Below are positions 30,171-39,783 of a stretch of 64,000 nucleotides of DNA, piece by piece. The DNA lies in the IMG/VR virus record IMGVR_UViG_3300045988_123324, positions 32,001 to 96,000 of that record; one strand, given 5' to 3'. How positions within the stretch are numbered: the first letter of the stretch is position 1; each line of letters starts with the position of its first letter. A program made the position numbers and the translations under genes. The DNA is from a virus. The notes below the pieces were generated by a model. The model saw only the letters and a program-made list of their open reading frames with translations. It was not told the origin of the DNA and searched no databases.

Positions 30171-30557
30171 TCAATCAATTTTCTCTTTCGCAAGTCCTCT
30201 CCTACGAATGATCTTAATTGCCAAATCTACTGGGCTATTTTCTCCATACTGTAGCCTATGAGGGCTTCCAGACGCTCTAAGCCTTGTACCATTCTTCAAC
30301 TCAACTGTAGTACCTGTAATAACATACCACTTCTCTTTTGTATTGACAATAACCCCCATCGCTGTCACCACATCAATGTTAGTGTTATCCACAAGCATAT
30401 TAAATCCATACAGAGAGCCACATTTATAAATATCTGTGTTTCCCATATATGTATAGATTCCATCTTCCTCACCAACGAAGATAAGTCCAGTATCCTTTGC
30501 TGAACACACACCGACAAGCATCATCATTGCAAATACAAATGATACAATCGTTTTCAT
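30171..30557 (-). CDS. secreted or lipid-anchored hypothetical protein
   Basis: Start taken at MKTIVSFVFAMMMLVGVCSA, which is signal-peptide-like with Cys in a lipobox-like position. Confidence 0.5.
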   Translation of the reverse strand: MKTIVSFVFAMMMLVGVCSAKDTGLIFVGEEDGIYTYMGNTDIYKCGSLYGFNMLVDNTNIDVVTAMGVIVNTKEKWYVITGTTVELKNGTRLRASGSPHRLQYGENSPVDLAIKIIRRRGLAKEKID

Positions 30558-30558
30558 T

Positions 30559-31023
30559 TTAAAGTCCTTTCTTGAACAGTCGAATATTTTCTTTTCCAAT
30601 AGGATCAATCACAGCATAGTCACCACTCGTTTCATTTGCTGTGTATGAACTCCTGCCGTGTGTAAAATAGTATGTCTTACCACCAATATATCCTGCAAAG
30701 AACGCTGGCTTCCAGACGCCGCCAATCCTCACTTCAACCTTTGTGTCAACAGGGATGCGTTCCCAATCAACACCAGACGCATCAAAGCATGGAGGAATCA
30801 ACTTTGAAACATTATCAATAGATTCATATAGTGCTGGATAATCCCACACCTTATCAATCTTAACCTCACGGAGAGGGATTATCTCTGTCTTTAGATACAG
30901 ATAGCCACCAAATGCTATGCCGATCTGCCCAGTTGTGAGCCTAACTATTGATCTATCTGGTACATTTTCACTTGTAATCGGCTTTCCTTCATTGTCATAC
31001 CCATAAATAAAAAAGTTCTTCAT
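30559..31023 (-). CDS. hypothetical protein
   Basis: Start taken at MKNFFIYG, preceded by GAGGAG. Confidence 0.5.
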   Translation of the reverse strand: MKNFFIYGYDNEGKPITSENVPDRSIVRLTTGQIGIAFGGYLYLKTEIIPLREVKIDKVWDYPALYESIDNVSKLIPPCFDASGVDWERIPVDTKVEVRIGGVWKPAFFAGYIGGKTYYFTHGRSSYTANETSGDYAVIDPIGKENIRLFKKGL

Positions 31024-31027
31024 TCTA

Positions 31028-31162
31028 TCACTCCTCACTCAATACTACAATTCCAATAAACATCATGTTTAAAATATCTTGCAACAGTCTAATTTCTGTC
31101 ACCTCTCCAAATATAGCGGAAAGAAGAATTAATGATCCAAGAATCTTAAAAATGGTTTTCAT
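31028..31162 (-). CDS. 44-aa two-helix membrane micro-protein
   Basis: Its ATG overlaps the dut stop (ATGA) and its stop lies 4 nt before the next ATG. Sequence is MKTIFKILGSLILLSAIFGE...MMFIGIVVLSEE. Below the ORF-track size cut-off. Confidence 0.4.
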   Translation of the reverse strand: MKTIFKILGSLILLSAIFGEVTEIRLLQDILNMMFIGIVVLSEE

Positions 31163-31602
31163 TTTCCCGTGCTCCCAATTCCACCAACTCTTGTTCCAGT
31201 AGGGTTATCATCATCTGTTGTAAAATACTTCATAAAAATACCCTGTGCAATCTTTGCCATCGGAGGAATTACTTGTGTTTTATTCCCAATGTTTGTAATG
31301 GCAATATGGATATGCCCCTCATTATCTGTATTATTATAGTACGAAGAATCAATAATTCCTGTCCCGTTACTCAAAACAAGCTGTTGCTTAAACCCCATCG
31401 AGCTACGAACGTACATCATAAGGACTTCATCTTCTGGAAAACAAGCCTTGATCCCTGTCTCAAAATACACAGTCTCCTGCGGTTTTATGTATGTGTCATA
31501 GTTTCTTGTGATATGAAAGTCATATCCACAACTACCAGTATCATTTCTTGTTGGTATCTTTGCTACATCTTCATACCCTGTTACTACTTCAAATTTACGC
31601 AT
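31159..31602 (-). CDS. dut: dUTP diphosphatase
   Basis: Motifs GSCGYDF, VRSSMGFK, GIIDSSY and GGIGSTGK. Confidence 0.9.
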   Translation of the reverse strand: MRKFEVVTGYEDVAKIPTRNDTGSCGYDFHITRNYDTYIKPQETVYFETGIKACFPEDEVLMMYVRSSMGFKQQLVLSNGTGIIDSSYYNNTDNEGHIHIAITNIGNKTQVIPPMAKIAQGIFMKYFTTDDDNPTGTRVGGIGSTGK

Positions 31603-32159
31603 TTTTACCCCCATATATTTTTATCTCACCAGAACCTTGTGTATCTACTGAGTGCAAAATTCCCATGTCTGCAAGGATGCTACTTAAAAGACTTGTTACA
31701 GTTTCATCTTGTGTATAAATAGTTCCTTTCCCTTCATCTATGAGGTCTTGAATGGCTTTCCTTGCTTTATTCTTGCTAGTCAAAGCTATACTAGCAAGTT
31801 CCGTAGATGTGATTCCCACTCTGTAACCCCCTAAAGAAAGCATGGATATGGTCAACAAGCACGCCCATATTCTGAAAATCAACATATTTATGAAATACTG
31901 GATTTGCATAATCAATTTTTCCGTTCTTTTTGCATTTAAAGAACATAAGCTCACAGTAGTTGTCAAGCTTTGCTAAACTACAATGGTATACAGTTCCACG
32001 AAACTCAATACCCTGATAGAGAGCACCAGTAAGACCAATACCACTACTAGATGGAAGGAAAGTATATTCCCTATTCTCTTCCTCTTTGCGTCTGCGATCT
32101 TCCCGATCTTTTGATTCAAACTCAATCCATGCAGGATCTTTTGTATAATCATATGCCAT
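31595..32159 (-). pseudogene. hypothetical protein with a C-terminal wHTH-like segment, split by a frameshift at a G5 run
   Basis: The frame from 32159 stays protein-like up to ..HIHAFFRG. The +1 frame continues GYRVGITSTELASIALTSKNKARKAIQDLIDEG. The junction is at CCCCC (plus strand, 31827-31831). Confidence 0.55.
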
Positions 32160-32183
32160 TTCAATAACCACCTTTCATTGACT

Positions 32184-32212
32184 ATTATATAGCATGTTTT
32201 AATTTTTGTCAA
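32184..32212 (-). promoter_or_regulatory. sigma-A-type promoter TTGACA-17-TATAAT
   Basis: Minus strand reads TTGACA, then AAAATTAAAACATGCTA (17 nt), then TATAAT. Confidence 0.7.
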
Positions 32213-32239
32213 GAAAAAAGTGCAAGAATTTCTTGCACC
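32213..32239 (-). terminator. intrinsic terminator after nrdG
   Basis: Minus strand reads GGTGCAAGAAATTCTTGCACTTTTTTC. The U-tract runs into the -35 of the next promoter. Confidence 0.7.
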
Positions 32240-32698
32240 TTAAAAATCTTTTCCTCTGTATAAAATTCTTTGATTTGAACTGCCCCTAAACTCAAGGTTT
32301 AAGTCTCTTAGTTCGTCAACATATCTTCCATCTACCAAGACATCTATATACTTTAGTATTTCATCCTTTCCGTTGACTTTTAGTTCTTCTAGTGTATATC
32401 CCGTGTAACACCACTTCTCCTTATTATCTATGCTTTTAGCCAATTTTAGTATAGTAGAATAGTTTTCATCTGCTAATGGCTCTCCTCCAAGAAATGAAAC
32501 TCTTTCAATGTATGGTCTTGATACAAGGTAAAAAAACTTATTTTCTATTTCACTTGTCCAAATCTTTCCTTCTTGGAAGTTCCATGTTGTCTGATTAAAG
32601 CAATTTTTACAATGAAAATGGCATCCTTGCACAAACAGTGCAACACCAATTCCACGCCCGTTGCTTATATCCATATCTCTTAAACTAGCATATCTCAT
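32240..32698 (-). CDS. nrdG: anaerobic ribonucleotide reductase activating protein (radical SAM)
   Basis: CHFHCKNCFN (CxxxCxxC) cluster, 152 aa, overlaps the end of nrdD. Confidence 0.85.
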   Translation of the reverse strand: MRYASLRDMDISNGRGIGVALFVQGCHFHCKNCFNQTTWNFQEGKIWTSEIENKFFYLVSRPYIERVSFLGGEPLADENYSTILKLAKSIDNKEKWCYTGYTLEELKVNGKDEILKYIDVLVDGRYVDELRDLNLEFRGSSNQRILYRGKDF

Positions 32699-33698
32699 GA
32701 TTATCTAAGTGAACATACCTTTCTTTTATTTCTTGTGTACGTCCTTGATTAAAGAAATTGGTGCTCAAATATCCACAAACCCTGCGTGTTATATTCATCT
32801 TCTCATGGTTTGTGTTGCCACAATTAGGACATCTCCAATCTAGCTTTCCATTATTATCGTAAATCTCAAACTCTCCTTCATACATACACTCATGACAGTA
32901 GTCGGATTTTGTGTTTATTTCTGCATATTGAGACGTTTCATAAATATACTTTATGAACTGTAACAGTGCTTCTACATTATTCATCATGTTTGCACTCTCA
33001 CAGTATGAGATGTTTCCTCCACCACTCAGTAATTGAAACTTAGACTCAATAGCCAGCTTATCAAACGGATTTATCTCTTCCCCAACAAATACATGATATG
33101 AGTTTGTGATGTAATTTCTATCAGTTATTCCTTCAATCTTTCCAAACCTACTTTGTAGACACTTAGCAAACTTATATGTGGTGGATTCTATTGGAGAACC
33201 ATAAGGAGAATAATCAATATCTTCTTCTTCTTTCCATTTATTGCAAGCATCATTAAGTTTTTGCATAACAGTAAGACCGAACTCTTCTCCTTCTGCATTG
33301 TCCGTATGTGAATGTCCAGTCATATACTTTACACACTCATATAAACCAGCATATCCTAGACTTACGGTTGCATACCCGCCTTTAATAAGTCTATCTATTG
33401 TTTCACCCGTCTTTAATCTTGCAAGCGCACCATGTTGCCATAAAATAGGTGCAACATCTGATACTGTTCCAAAAAGTCTGGATAATCTTTCCTTATGCGC
33501 CTTGTGACAAAGCTCCATTCTTTCTTCAAGTATATCCCAAAACAGATCTTTATCACCACCAGAAGATAACGCCACATCTGGTAGGTTTAATGTAACGACT
33601 CCACAATTAAAGCGACCCCAATACTTCTTACCTTTTACCCAATTATTTGCATTTGCAATGTTTGTTTCTACTCTATCTTTGGTTAAAAAACTTCTGCA
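32685..33698 (-). CDS. nrdD: anaerobic ribonucleoside-triphosphate reductase, exon 3
   Basis: Frame is open upstream of the track start and reads CRSFLTKDR..VVTLNLPDVALSSGG. C-terminal zinc site CHEC..CPNCG and glycyl-radical motif RRVCGYLS. Confidence 0.85.
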   Translation of the reverse strand, partial: CRSFLTKDRVETNIANANNWVKGKKYWGRFNCGVVTLNLPDVALSSGGDKDLFWDILEERMELCHKAHKERLSRLFGTVSDVAPILWQHGALARLKTGETIDRLIKGGYATVSLGYAGLYECVKYMTGHSHTDNAEGEEFGLTVMQKLNDACNKWKEEEDIDYSPYGSPIESTTYKFAKCLQSRFGKIEGITDRNYITNSYHVFVGEEINPFDKLAIESKFQLLSGGGNISYCESANMMNNVEALLQFIKYIYETSQYAEINTKSDYCHECMYEGEFEIYDNNGKLDWRCPNCGNTNHEKMNITRRVCGYLSTNFFNQGRTQEIKERYVHLDNHEIC

Positions 33699-34457
33699 CG
33701 TTTTTATCCTATGTCACCATAGGCACTGACTATATCATAACATAGTAACCCATGTTCTCATACGCTTCCAGCGGTGCTTATCCCCACCGTACCATCGAGT
33801 CAACCTCCCGATGCCGAGTTATTCCCTCGAAAATAGTCGATGAACTTTATTCAACAACAAATTCCCAATCAGTATAGTTATTTCTGCTACCACTCAGAAA
33901 TGTTTTGATTCTATGTCTTTCAACACCTGTAATTCTTTGTGCTTCCCGCATAGAACTACAGTGGATTATTTCTCCTGTATATTTATTTTTCACAACAAGA
34001 TTAACACTTTTCTTACTCAAGTAATACCCATTATCATAAGCGTGTTTTATATTTTTACTATGAGTGGAACGCTCTAGGTTTTCAAGTCTATTGTCTGATT
34101 TATTACCATTTATATGATTTACAACCTGTGGATTTCCTAAAAATGTTTCCCCCATAAGCCTATGAACACGTTTCCTATACCTTTTCCCACGAATATGTAG
34201 TACACAGTGCTCATATAAATCTGTTCCAATATAAGATGAAATTAGTCTCATTGTTTCCTTATTTAATATTTTTCCGCTTTTACTGATTGCATATTTATCG
34301 AATCTCTTTATGGTAGTAAATTCTTCGTTGTTGAATCTTAGCACAGACTCAAGTTTATTATTACTCATAATTAACTCCTATCTGTTAGCATGGCTCATGC
34401 CACACACCCAGCAAGCAACTGGTTCATATAAGTTTTACATGGGCTACATTTACACTT
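33699..34457 (-). mobile_element. group I intron carrying an HNH homing endonuclease ORF
   Basis: Interrupts ..WSCMG|CRSFL.. of NrdD. The upstream exon ends in U (GGU) and the intron ends in G. The 3' 150 nt are GC-enriched and ORF-free. Confidence 0.75.
33847..34368 (-). CDS. intron-encoded HNH homing endonuclease
   Basis: NUMOD4-like N-terminus (FDKYAISKSGKILN), HNH_3 core (VNHINGNKSDNRLENLE..HSKN) and a C-terminal HTH-like SMREAQRITGV. Confidence 0.8.
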   Translation of the reverse strand: MSNNKLESVLRFNNEEFTTIKRFDKYAISKSGKILNKETMRLISSYIGTDLYEHCVLHIRGKRYRKRVHRLMGETFLGNPQVVNHINGNKSDNRLENLERSTHSKNIKHAYDNGYYLSKKSVNLVVKNKYTGEIIHCSSMREAQRITGVERHRIKTFLSGSRNNYTDWEFVVE

Positions 34458-34766
34458 ACCCATACAACTCCAAACATCACCTTTGTTCTTTTTCATAACT
34501 TTAGCAGAGATGTAGTCTGGAACAAGTCTCTTTGCAGTGCATTTTGCTGCAAGTTTTGTTAAATACCAATATGGAGCATCTTCTGTTGTATTATCTTCAT
34601 CAAGAACATAAAGGAGCTTTGGAAAAGCAATAGAAAACCTCTGCCCAACGCTGTTTTTCATACCATCAATGCGCTGTTTGAAAAACTCCTCAATTAACAT
34701 GGCAAGCTCTTCTTTATATTCTTGTTCTTCTTGTGTATACATATATATGCTTAAAAATGGCGATTG
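34458..34766 (-). CDS. nrdD: anaerobic ribonucleoside-triphosphate reductase, exon 2
   Basis: Reads QSPFLSIYMYTQEEQ...FPKLLYVLDE...AKCTAKRLVPDYIS...WSCMG. 309 nt, so the introns are phase 0. Confidence 0.8.
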
Positions 34767-35081
34767 CGGATGCCATCAATCCGTAGACTATATCTTCACC
34801 ATATCACCATGTTGGTGACTTAGGTGCGGTGCGCTTCGGGTAATGAACTTTCACCACTACCCTACTCTACTCATTTACTCCCTAATAAATTATTAGGTAC
34901 ACTTTCGATAGTCGTTGCACTTTTCTGCTTTCACAGACTTAGCACAGGATTAGTTCCCTTCCCCTGTTAGCATGATACCGAGTTGTCATTTCCTACAACG
35001 CCTAAACGTGTATCATACACCCTAGATTTCTAAGTTCACACCGTTCAAATATAGTGTTTCCACCATACCGAGCCAATCTTA
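34767..35081 (-). mobile_element. ORF-less group I intron (315 nt)
   Basis: Splits ..SMTNVNG|QSPF... The 5' exon ends in U and the last intron nt is G. The segment has no ORF and is visibly GC-richer than the exons. Confidence 0.7.
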
Positions 35082-35933
35082 ACCATTAACATTGGTCATA
35101 CTATTTAGTTGATAATTAAATGTCTGAACACTATCACTTACTTCCTTCTTTATATCAATATCTGCAAACTTATTTGCCTGTTCCTCCGATAAGCCATTTT
35201 CTATGTACTTTTTATAATATAGTTTTCTGCTATCTCTTACAAATGGCGATAAATGTCCCAAACAAACAGAAGCACCACCGTAACTCATAGAAGTAACTGC
35301 AAGTATTATTTGTGTTGCTATGGTAGTCGCAGTTAAAAGTCTGTGTGGTTTATCAATTCTAACACCGTTTATTACTGTACCATTTTGTAACATATCATCA
35401 AGATTTATTAACTCGCAATTATGTATTCTCTGGCAACTATAGTCCATATCGTGTATATGGATGACACCATCGTTATGTGCTTGAATAACATCTGGTGAGA
35501 ATATATATCGCTCTGCAATATCCTTGCTGACAACTCCTGCTATATAATCCCTTTTAGTGCTAACAAGAAGTGAGTTTTTATTTGAGTTCTCTTCTTTCCA
35601 ATATTCACTTTTATCCCCGATCAAGTCCTTTAGTTCTTCATCCACAGTGTTCTTTGATCTTTGAAACTCTCTGATACTCCTATATCCTTCATAGGACTTT
35701 GCTGTTAGCTTTTGCTTATGCGAGATTAGCTTTGAGAATACAAGCGTCTCTATCTCTTGTATAGTTACAAGTTCCTTGTCTGATTCTATCAGCTCATTTT
35801 CAATTTCATCTGCTATATTATTTGCGATCTTTTCTGAATAAACATTTCCTGCTCTCATGGCTTTTAGTATAGCAACACTGATTTTATTCTTATCAAAAGC
35901 AACTATTCGTCCGTCACGTTTTTCTACTTTCAT
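35082..35933 (-). CDS. nrdD: anaerobic ribonucleoside-triphosphate reductase, exon 1 (ATP-cone plus N-terminal core)
   Basis: MKVEKRDGRIVAFDKNKI is the ATP-cone start. It ends ..YQLNSMTNVNG, followed by an in-frame intron stop. Confidence 0.85.
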
Positions 35934-35945
35934 TTAATTCCTCCC

Positions 35946-36317
35946 TCAAAATGCCATGTCATATCTTATGTTTTCTTCTTTTTCTTTTCTTACAGTTGCA
36001 TACTTCTTTAGATTTTCTTCATATGCTATGCTCCTATATCCGTAAGTTATGCTTCTTACAACCTGTTCTATTCTTGCTTCTTCTGGAAACTTCTCAAGAA
36101 CATTTAGTTGCATATTCCATGATATTTTTGAAGGAAACAGGTGTTTCTCTCTGCACATATCTAAAAACACATTTAACTGTAAGAGTAGCTTTTTGTCCTT
36201 GCCAAATCGTTCAGCAGCCATTTCCCTAAGACCAACCTTCTTTGGTTTTTCAGTCTTTGACTTCTGAATACGCATTGGCTTTGGTTTAACTAAACTCAAG
36301 TCACCAAACAGAGCCAT
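35946..36317 (-). CDS. hypothetical protein
   Basis: 123-aa ORF with an AAGGAG RBS immediately after the leader terminator. Confidence 0.5.
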   Translation of the reverse strand: MALFGDLSLVKPKPMRIQKSKTEKPKKVGLREMAAERFGKDKKLLLQLNVFLDMCREKHLFPSKISWNMQLNVLEKFPEEARIEQVVRSITYGYRSIAYEENLKKYATVRKEKEENIRYDMAF

Positions 36318-36332
36318 TTAATCACTCCTTAG

Positions 36333-36464
36333 ACATAAAAAGGGCTTATAGCCCTTATTGATTTTGATGTTATATGTAGCCCAACCACGCTACATACCGT
36401 ATGAACCTACCCGCGCTTCCTTTCATATATGTTGTGTAGCAAACTGTTCATTCCTCAACATCAT
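36333..36464 (-). ncRNA. approx. 130-nt promoter-to-terminator transcript (small RNA or cis-acting attenuator leader)
   Basis: No ORF. Helices ATGTTG/CAACAT and TATGTAGC/GCTACATA, then terminator AAGGGCTATAAGCCCTTTTTAT just before the RBS of 35946-36317. Confidence 0.45.
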
Positions 36465-36470
36465 GTATAT

Positions 36471-36499
36471 ATTTTACCACAAATCTATCTCGCAGTCAA
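36471..36499 (-). promoter_or_regulatory. sigma-A-type promoter TTGACT-17-TAAAAT
   Basis: Minus strand reads TTGACT, then GCGAGATAGATTTGTGG (17 nt), then TAAAAT. Confidence 0.6.
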
Positions 36500-36512
36500 T
36501 AGCCTCATGTAA

Positions 36513-36722
36513 TCACTTTTGTAAAGACTCTGCTGTGTCCAAAATCTGTTCATCAACCTTGCTGTTGCAATAGTCATATAACTTATCAACATATTCTTTC
36601 TTTTCATCATCACTCATGTTTTCTGTATTTGCTTCTACAGACATTTCATAAGTAAAAAATGAATCTCCTAGTTTTTCTGACCGTCTGCTTGCAACTGTGA
36701 CTTTTGTAATTCGTTCCATCAT
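36513..36722 (-). CDS. hypothetical protein
   Basis: 69-aa acidic ORF. Confidence 0.45.
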   Translation of the reverse strand: MMERITKVTVASRRSEKLGDSFFTYEMSVEANTENMSDDEKKEYVDKLYDYCNSKVDEQILDTAESLQK

Positions 36723-37060
36723 TTATTTTTCTCCCTAAAAGATACTGAATATGTTCTTGAAACATCGACACAACCAGAAAATTCTTCTGCTGAAATTTCC
36801 CCACTAGCCAGAGAATCTTCTAGTTTTTCTTCATCAATTACTGTTTTTAGTAACCACTTTGCACCTATCTTCTTGGCAATCTCTGTTGCCTTTTCTTGAT
36901 TTAGTCTCTGCGTGACACGCTCTTTTACTAATGCAACATATCTTTCTCCATCTGAACTTCCTTCTCCTGCCGACTTAATATCAGCTTTCAGATCATTCAA
37001 CTCTTTTGTGAGTTCAGTAATATGCTTATTTAGTTCAGCGGCTCTATCAATCTTGTTCAT
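36719..37060 (-). CDS. hypothetical coiled-coil protein
   Basis: 113-aa ORF with a 4-nt overlap with its neighbour. Confidence 0.45.
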   Translation of the reverse strand: MNKIDRAAELNKHITELTKELNDLKADIKSAGEGSSDGERYVALVKERVTQRLNQEKATEIAKKIGAKWLLKTVIDEEKLEDSLASGEISAEEFSGCVDVSRTYSVSFREKNK

Positions 37061-37554
37061 TATTTATCCTCTGTGTATAGATGCAGTCTCATAGCCCACT
37101 TAATTGGAACAAATTTTGTCTTAAACCACAACTTAATACGTTTTGTATTCAACTTATCAACACTGCACGGAAACTCAATTTTCTTACTACTTTCATTACA
37201 GTGAAAGTACAAATCATCCATTGGTTCTTTAAACACATATGCATTATTATATCGAGCAACACCATTTTCCATGAAAACAGAAGGGCATCGTATATTTTGC
37301 TTAACCCCATCAAATGATTCCTTCCATTCCCAATCTTCTACTGTAAGATTTGTAAGTGGTTTATAGTCAATAAGATCACAAATAATGTCCTTAACGTATG
37401 CTATAGACATTCCAGAATGTCCCTGTTTCTCAAGAACTTTAATGACTTCTAAAATATTTTCATTTATTCGTCTTTGTAGCTCTTTTTCACTATCACCATC
37501 ACAACTATTCTCAATAATTTCTAGTTCTCTCTTAGCAAATTCGTAAGCTGACAT
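37060..37554 (-). CDS. hypothetical protein
   Basis: 164-aa ORF. Confidence 0.45.
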   Translation of the reverse strand: MSAYEFAKRELEIIENSCDGDSEKELQRRINENILEVIKVLEKQGHSGMSIAYVKDIICDLIDYKPLTNLTVEDWEWKESFDGVKQNIRCPSVFMENGVARYNNAYVFKEPMDDLYFHCNESSKKIEFPCSVDKLNTKRIKLWFKTKFVPIKWAMRLHLYTEDK

Positions 37555-37556
37555 AA

Positions 37557-38075
37557 TTACCCCTTTACATAAACAGTTGTTGTATACCTTCCTTTTTGGA
37601 TTGCCTCTGATTCTGAATCTACAAAAATATCAATAACATTTCCACCCATTCCTCCGCGATCTTCCACAACGAAATCTTTTCCGTTAATTTCTACAATCGT
37701 ACCTAGTGGAAGAGAATTACACGCAACTGTTCTCCCCGCAACTGGATATGCACCGCTTGCTGTGTTGTTTCCAGTATGCGTATAATGAGTGATTTCAAAC
37801 ACAGCAGCTTCACCCTGCTCACTCTTTTCCTCTTCTCTCTTTACTTCCATATTTTGCTTTTCTTGTTGCTCAATATAGAGTAAATCATTGATTCTTTGTA
37901 GCTCAACTTTCATTTCTGTAAGTTCCTTTTCGTTATCATATAACATCTGTTGCTGTTTGTCAACAGTTTTTTCCAGTTCTTCCTTCTGATTTTCTATTCC
38001 AATCACTATAAACATACTTATACTCAAAAGTATTACCAATATAGCATACTTAACATATTTATTTACCCGTGTCAT
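37557..38075 (-). CDS. membrane-anchored 3D-domain (RlpA/MltA-like) protein
   Basis: N-terminal TM helix, then a coiled coil, then a C-terminal GRTVACN.LPLGT...G..FVVEDRGG...IDIF pattern typical of 3D domains. Confidence 0.55.
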   Translation of the reverse strand: MTRVNKYVKYAILVILLSISMFIVIGIENQKEELEKTVDKQQQMLYDNEKELTEMKVELQRINDLLYIEQQEKQNMEVKREEEKSEQGEAAVFEITHYTHTGNNTASGAYPVAGRTVACNSLPLGTIVEINGKDFVVEDRGGMGGNVIDIFVDSESEAIQKGRYTTTVYVKG

Positions 38076-39783
38076 TCACATTCCCCTTTTCTATATTTCC
38101 TTCGCCTGTTAGCATATATCTAATAACATCTTTATTTCTTACGTCATATTTAGCATCAACAATAGAATCGGACATAACACCCTTTTTCATAACAAGTTTA
38201 TGGATGTATTCATCTATTGTGTCTTTTGCCATAAGTGTAATTATATTAATTGAAGATGTTGTACCTATTCTATGTGCTCTATCTTCTGCTTGTTCTTTTG
38301 CCGCCCTAGTATATGGCTCATCCATGAATATAACTGTTGTCGCTTTTGTAAGCGTCAATCCAGTACCCATAGCAGCTACAGTTCCTATCAGTATATGACA
38401 ACTATCATCTTCCATGAATTTCTTTTTCTGTCTTTCCCTATCCTTCACCTTGCCAGTTATTACAGCCATTTTGTATTCTTGTAGTTCTCGCTCAAGAATA
38501 TCTGTTACTATTGTCCAAGATGAAAATATTAGACAGCTATCTCCATTATCAACAATCTCTTTTACAATCTCTTTTAATCTATCAATCTTTGCAGATTCAT
38601 GTATCGTTGATGAAAGTATTGAAGTATCTGCTGTTGCCTGTCTTAGCCTTATCATCTGTCCTAGTGGATCTGGTGACAGACTAATCTCGTCAATATTCTC
38701 CATAATCATCTTTAATACATCATCATAGATTTTTCTTTGCTTTTTCCCAAGTTCTACATATTCATCAATATATATCTTTGGGGGAAGATTTAATACATCA
38801 GACTTTTTCTTTCGCAAGCTAACTGAATCAAGTTTTTGTTGTAACTCACTAAGATTTTTATAAGAAACTACCTCATATCCCCCAAAGCCCCCATAATTTG
38901 CATAGCGGTGAGAAAATCCATATAAATTTGATTTTTCTTTATCAACCAGTTTCAACGGAACATACAAATCAAGAGGACTATTCATCAACGGTGTACCAGT
39001 AAGTCCATAAAAATATTTTACATACTTAGATAGTAATAACAATGCTTTTCCTTGTTGGCTTGAGCTACTTTTGCAACACTGAATTTCATCGAATATAATC
39101 ATCTCGATTACATTCTTCTTCATTAGATCTTTTAGCTTATCTCTTATCTCCTTATTTCTAAGAGATTCTACATTGGTAACAAGGAAAAATTCATTAAAGT
39201 CATTTAGGTCATCTAGCTTATCTTTTGTGCTACCAGATACCCATGTCCCTTTTTTATTTTTTCTGCTCCCAATCACTTTGACACTAGAAGTTGTGTGTTG
39301 TTCAACCTCATTCTTCCACGTATATTTCATGCCGTTTATGCCAGAAATAACTAAACAGTGTTTAACCTGACCAAGTTCTTTTCTCTTGAGTGCCACAGCA
39401 ATAGTAGTCAACCCTTTACCCATACCCATGTCATATAGCAATAAGTATTTATCAAAAGACAACAACTCATCTATTCCTTCTTTTTGATATGGATATGGTT
39501 TTGTTTTTAATTCTTTGGCAAGAGTATGTTTTACAATAACTTTCTCCCCAAATTTTTTATTATTTACTGGCTCACCAACAACATCAAAAGATTCCAGCCG
39601 TAGTTTCTCCTGGAGTTTTGACAATACATCAAATGGCATCTCCCAACTCTTGTCTTTTGGATTATATACACGCTCTGGAAAACTTCTGATAACATCTACA
39701 ATGATCGCTTTATACGGAAATGAAACAAATATACTCTGTTCACATGATAGCTTTTTTGGCTCTCCATATCTTACAGAAATCAT
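38059..39783 (-). CDS. SNF2-family helicase/ATPase
   Basis: Motif I DMGMGKG, motif II FDEIQ, C-terminal GTGLTLT....DEPYT....QAEDRAHRIG. Confidence 0.85.
   Translation of the reverse strand: MISVRYGEPKKLSCEQSIFVSFPYKAIIVDVIRSFPERVYNPKDKSWEMPFDVLSKLQEKLRLESFDVVGEPVNNKKFGEKVIVKHTLAKELKTKPYPYQKEGIDELLSFDKYLLLYDMGMGKGLTTIAVALKRKELGQVKHCLVISGINGMKYTWKNEVEQHTTSSVKVIGSRKNKKGTWVSGSTKDKLDDLNDFNEFFLVTNVESLRNKEIRDKLKDLMKKNVIEMIIFDEIQCCKSSSSQQGKALLLLSKYVKYFYGLTGTPLMNSPLDLYVPLKLVDKEKSNLYGFSHRYANYGGFGGYEVVSYKNLSELQQKLDSVSLRKKKSDVLNLPPKIYIDEYVELGKKQRKIYDDVLKMIMENIDEISLSPDPLGQMIRLRQATADTSILSSTIHESAKIDRLKEIVKEIVDNGDSCLIFSSWTIVTDILERELQEYKMAVITGKVKDRERQKKKFMEDDSCHILIGTVAAMGTGLTLTKATTVIFMDEPYTRAAKEQAEDRAHRIGTTSSINIITLMAKDTIDEYIHKLVMKKGVMSDSIVDAKYDVRNKDVIRYMLTGEGNIEKGNVNDTGK

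Noticed and set aside
31973-32212. 79-aa minus-strand ORF overlapping 31791-32171
   Set aside because: It starts upstream of the mapped promoter and terminator, and is in an alternative frame of a better-supported ORF.
34369-34457. C-terminal extension of nrdD exon 2 (KCKCSPCKTYMNQLLAGCVA)
   Set aside because: NrdD homology ends at ..SCMG and resumes with CRSFL in exon 3. The extension is read-through into the intron.
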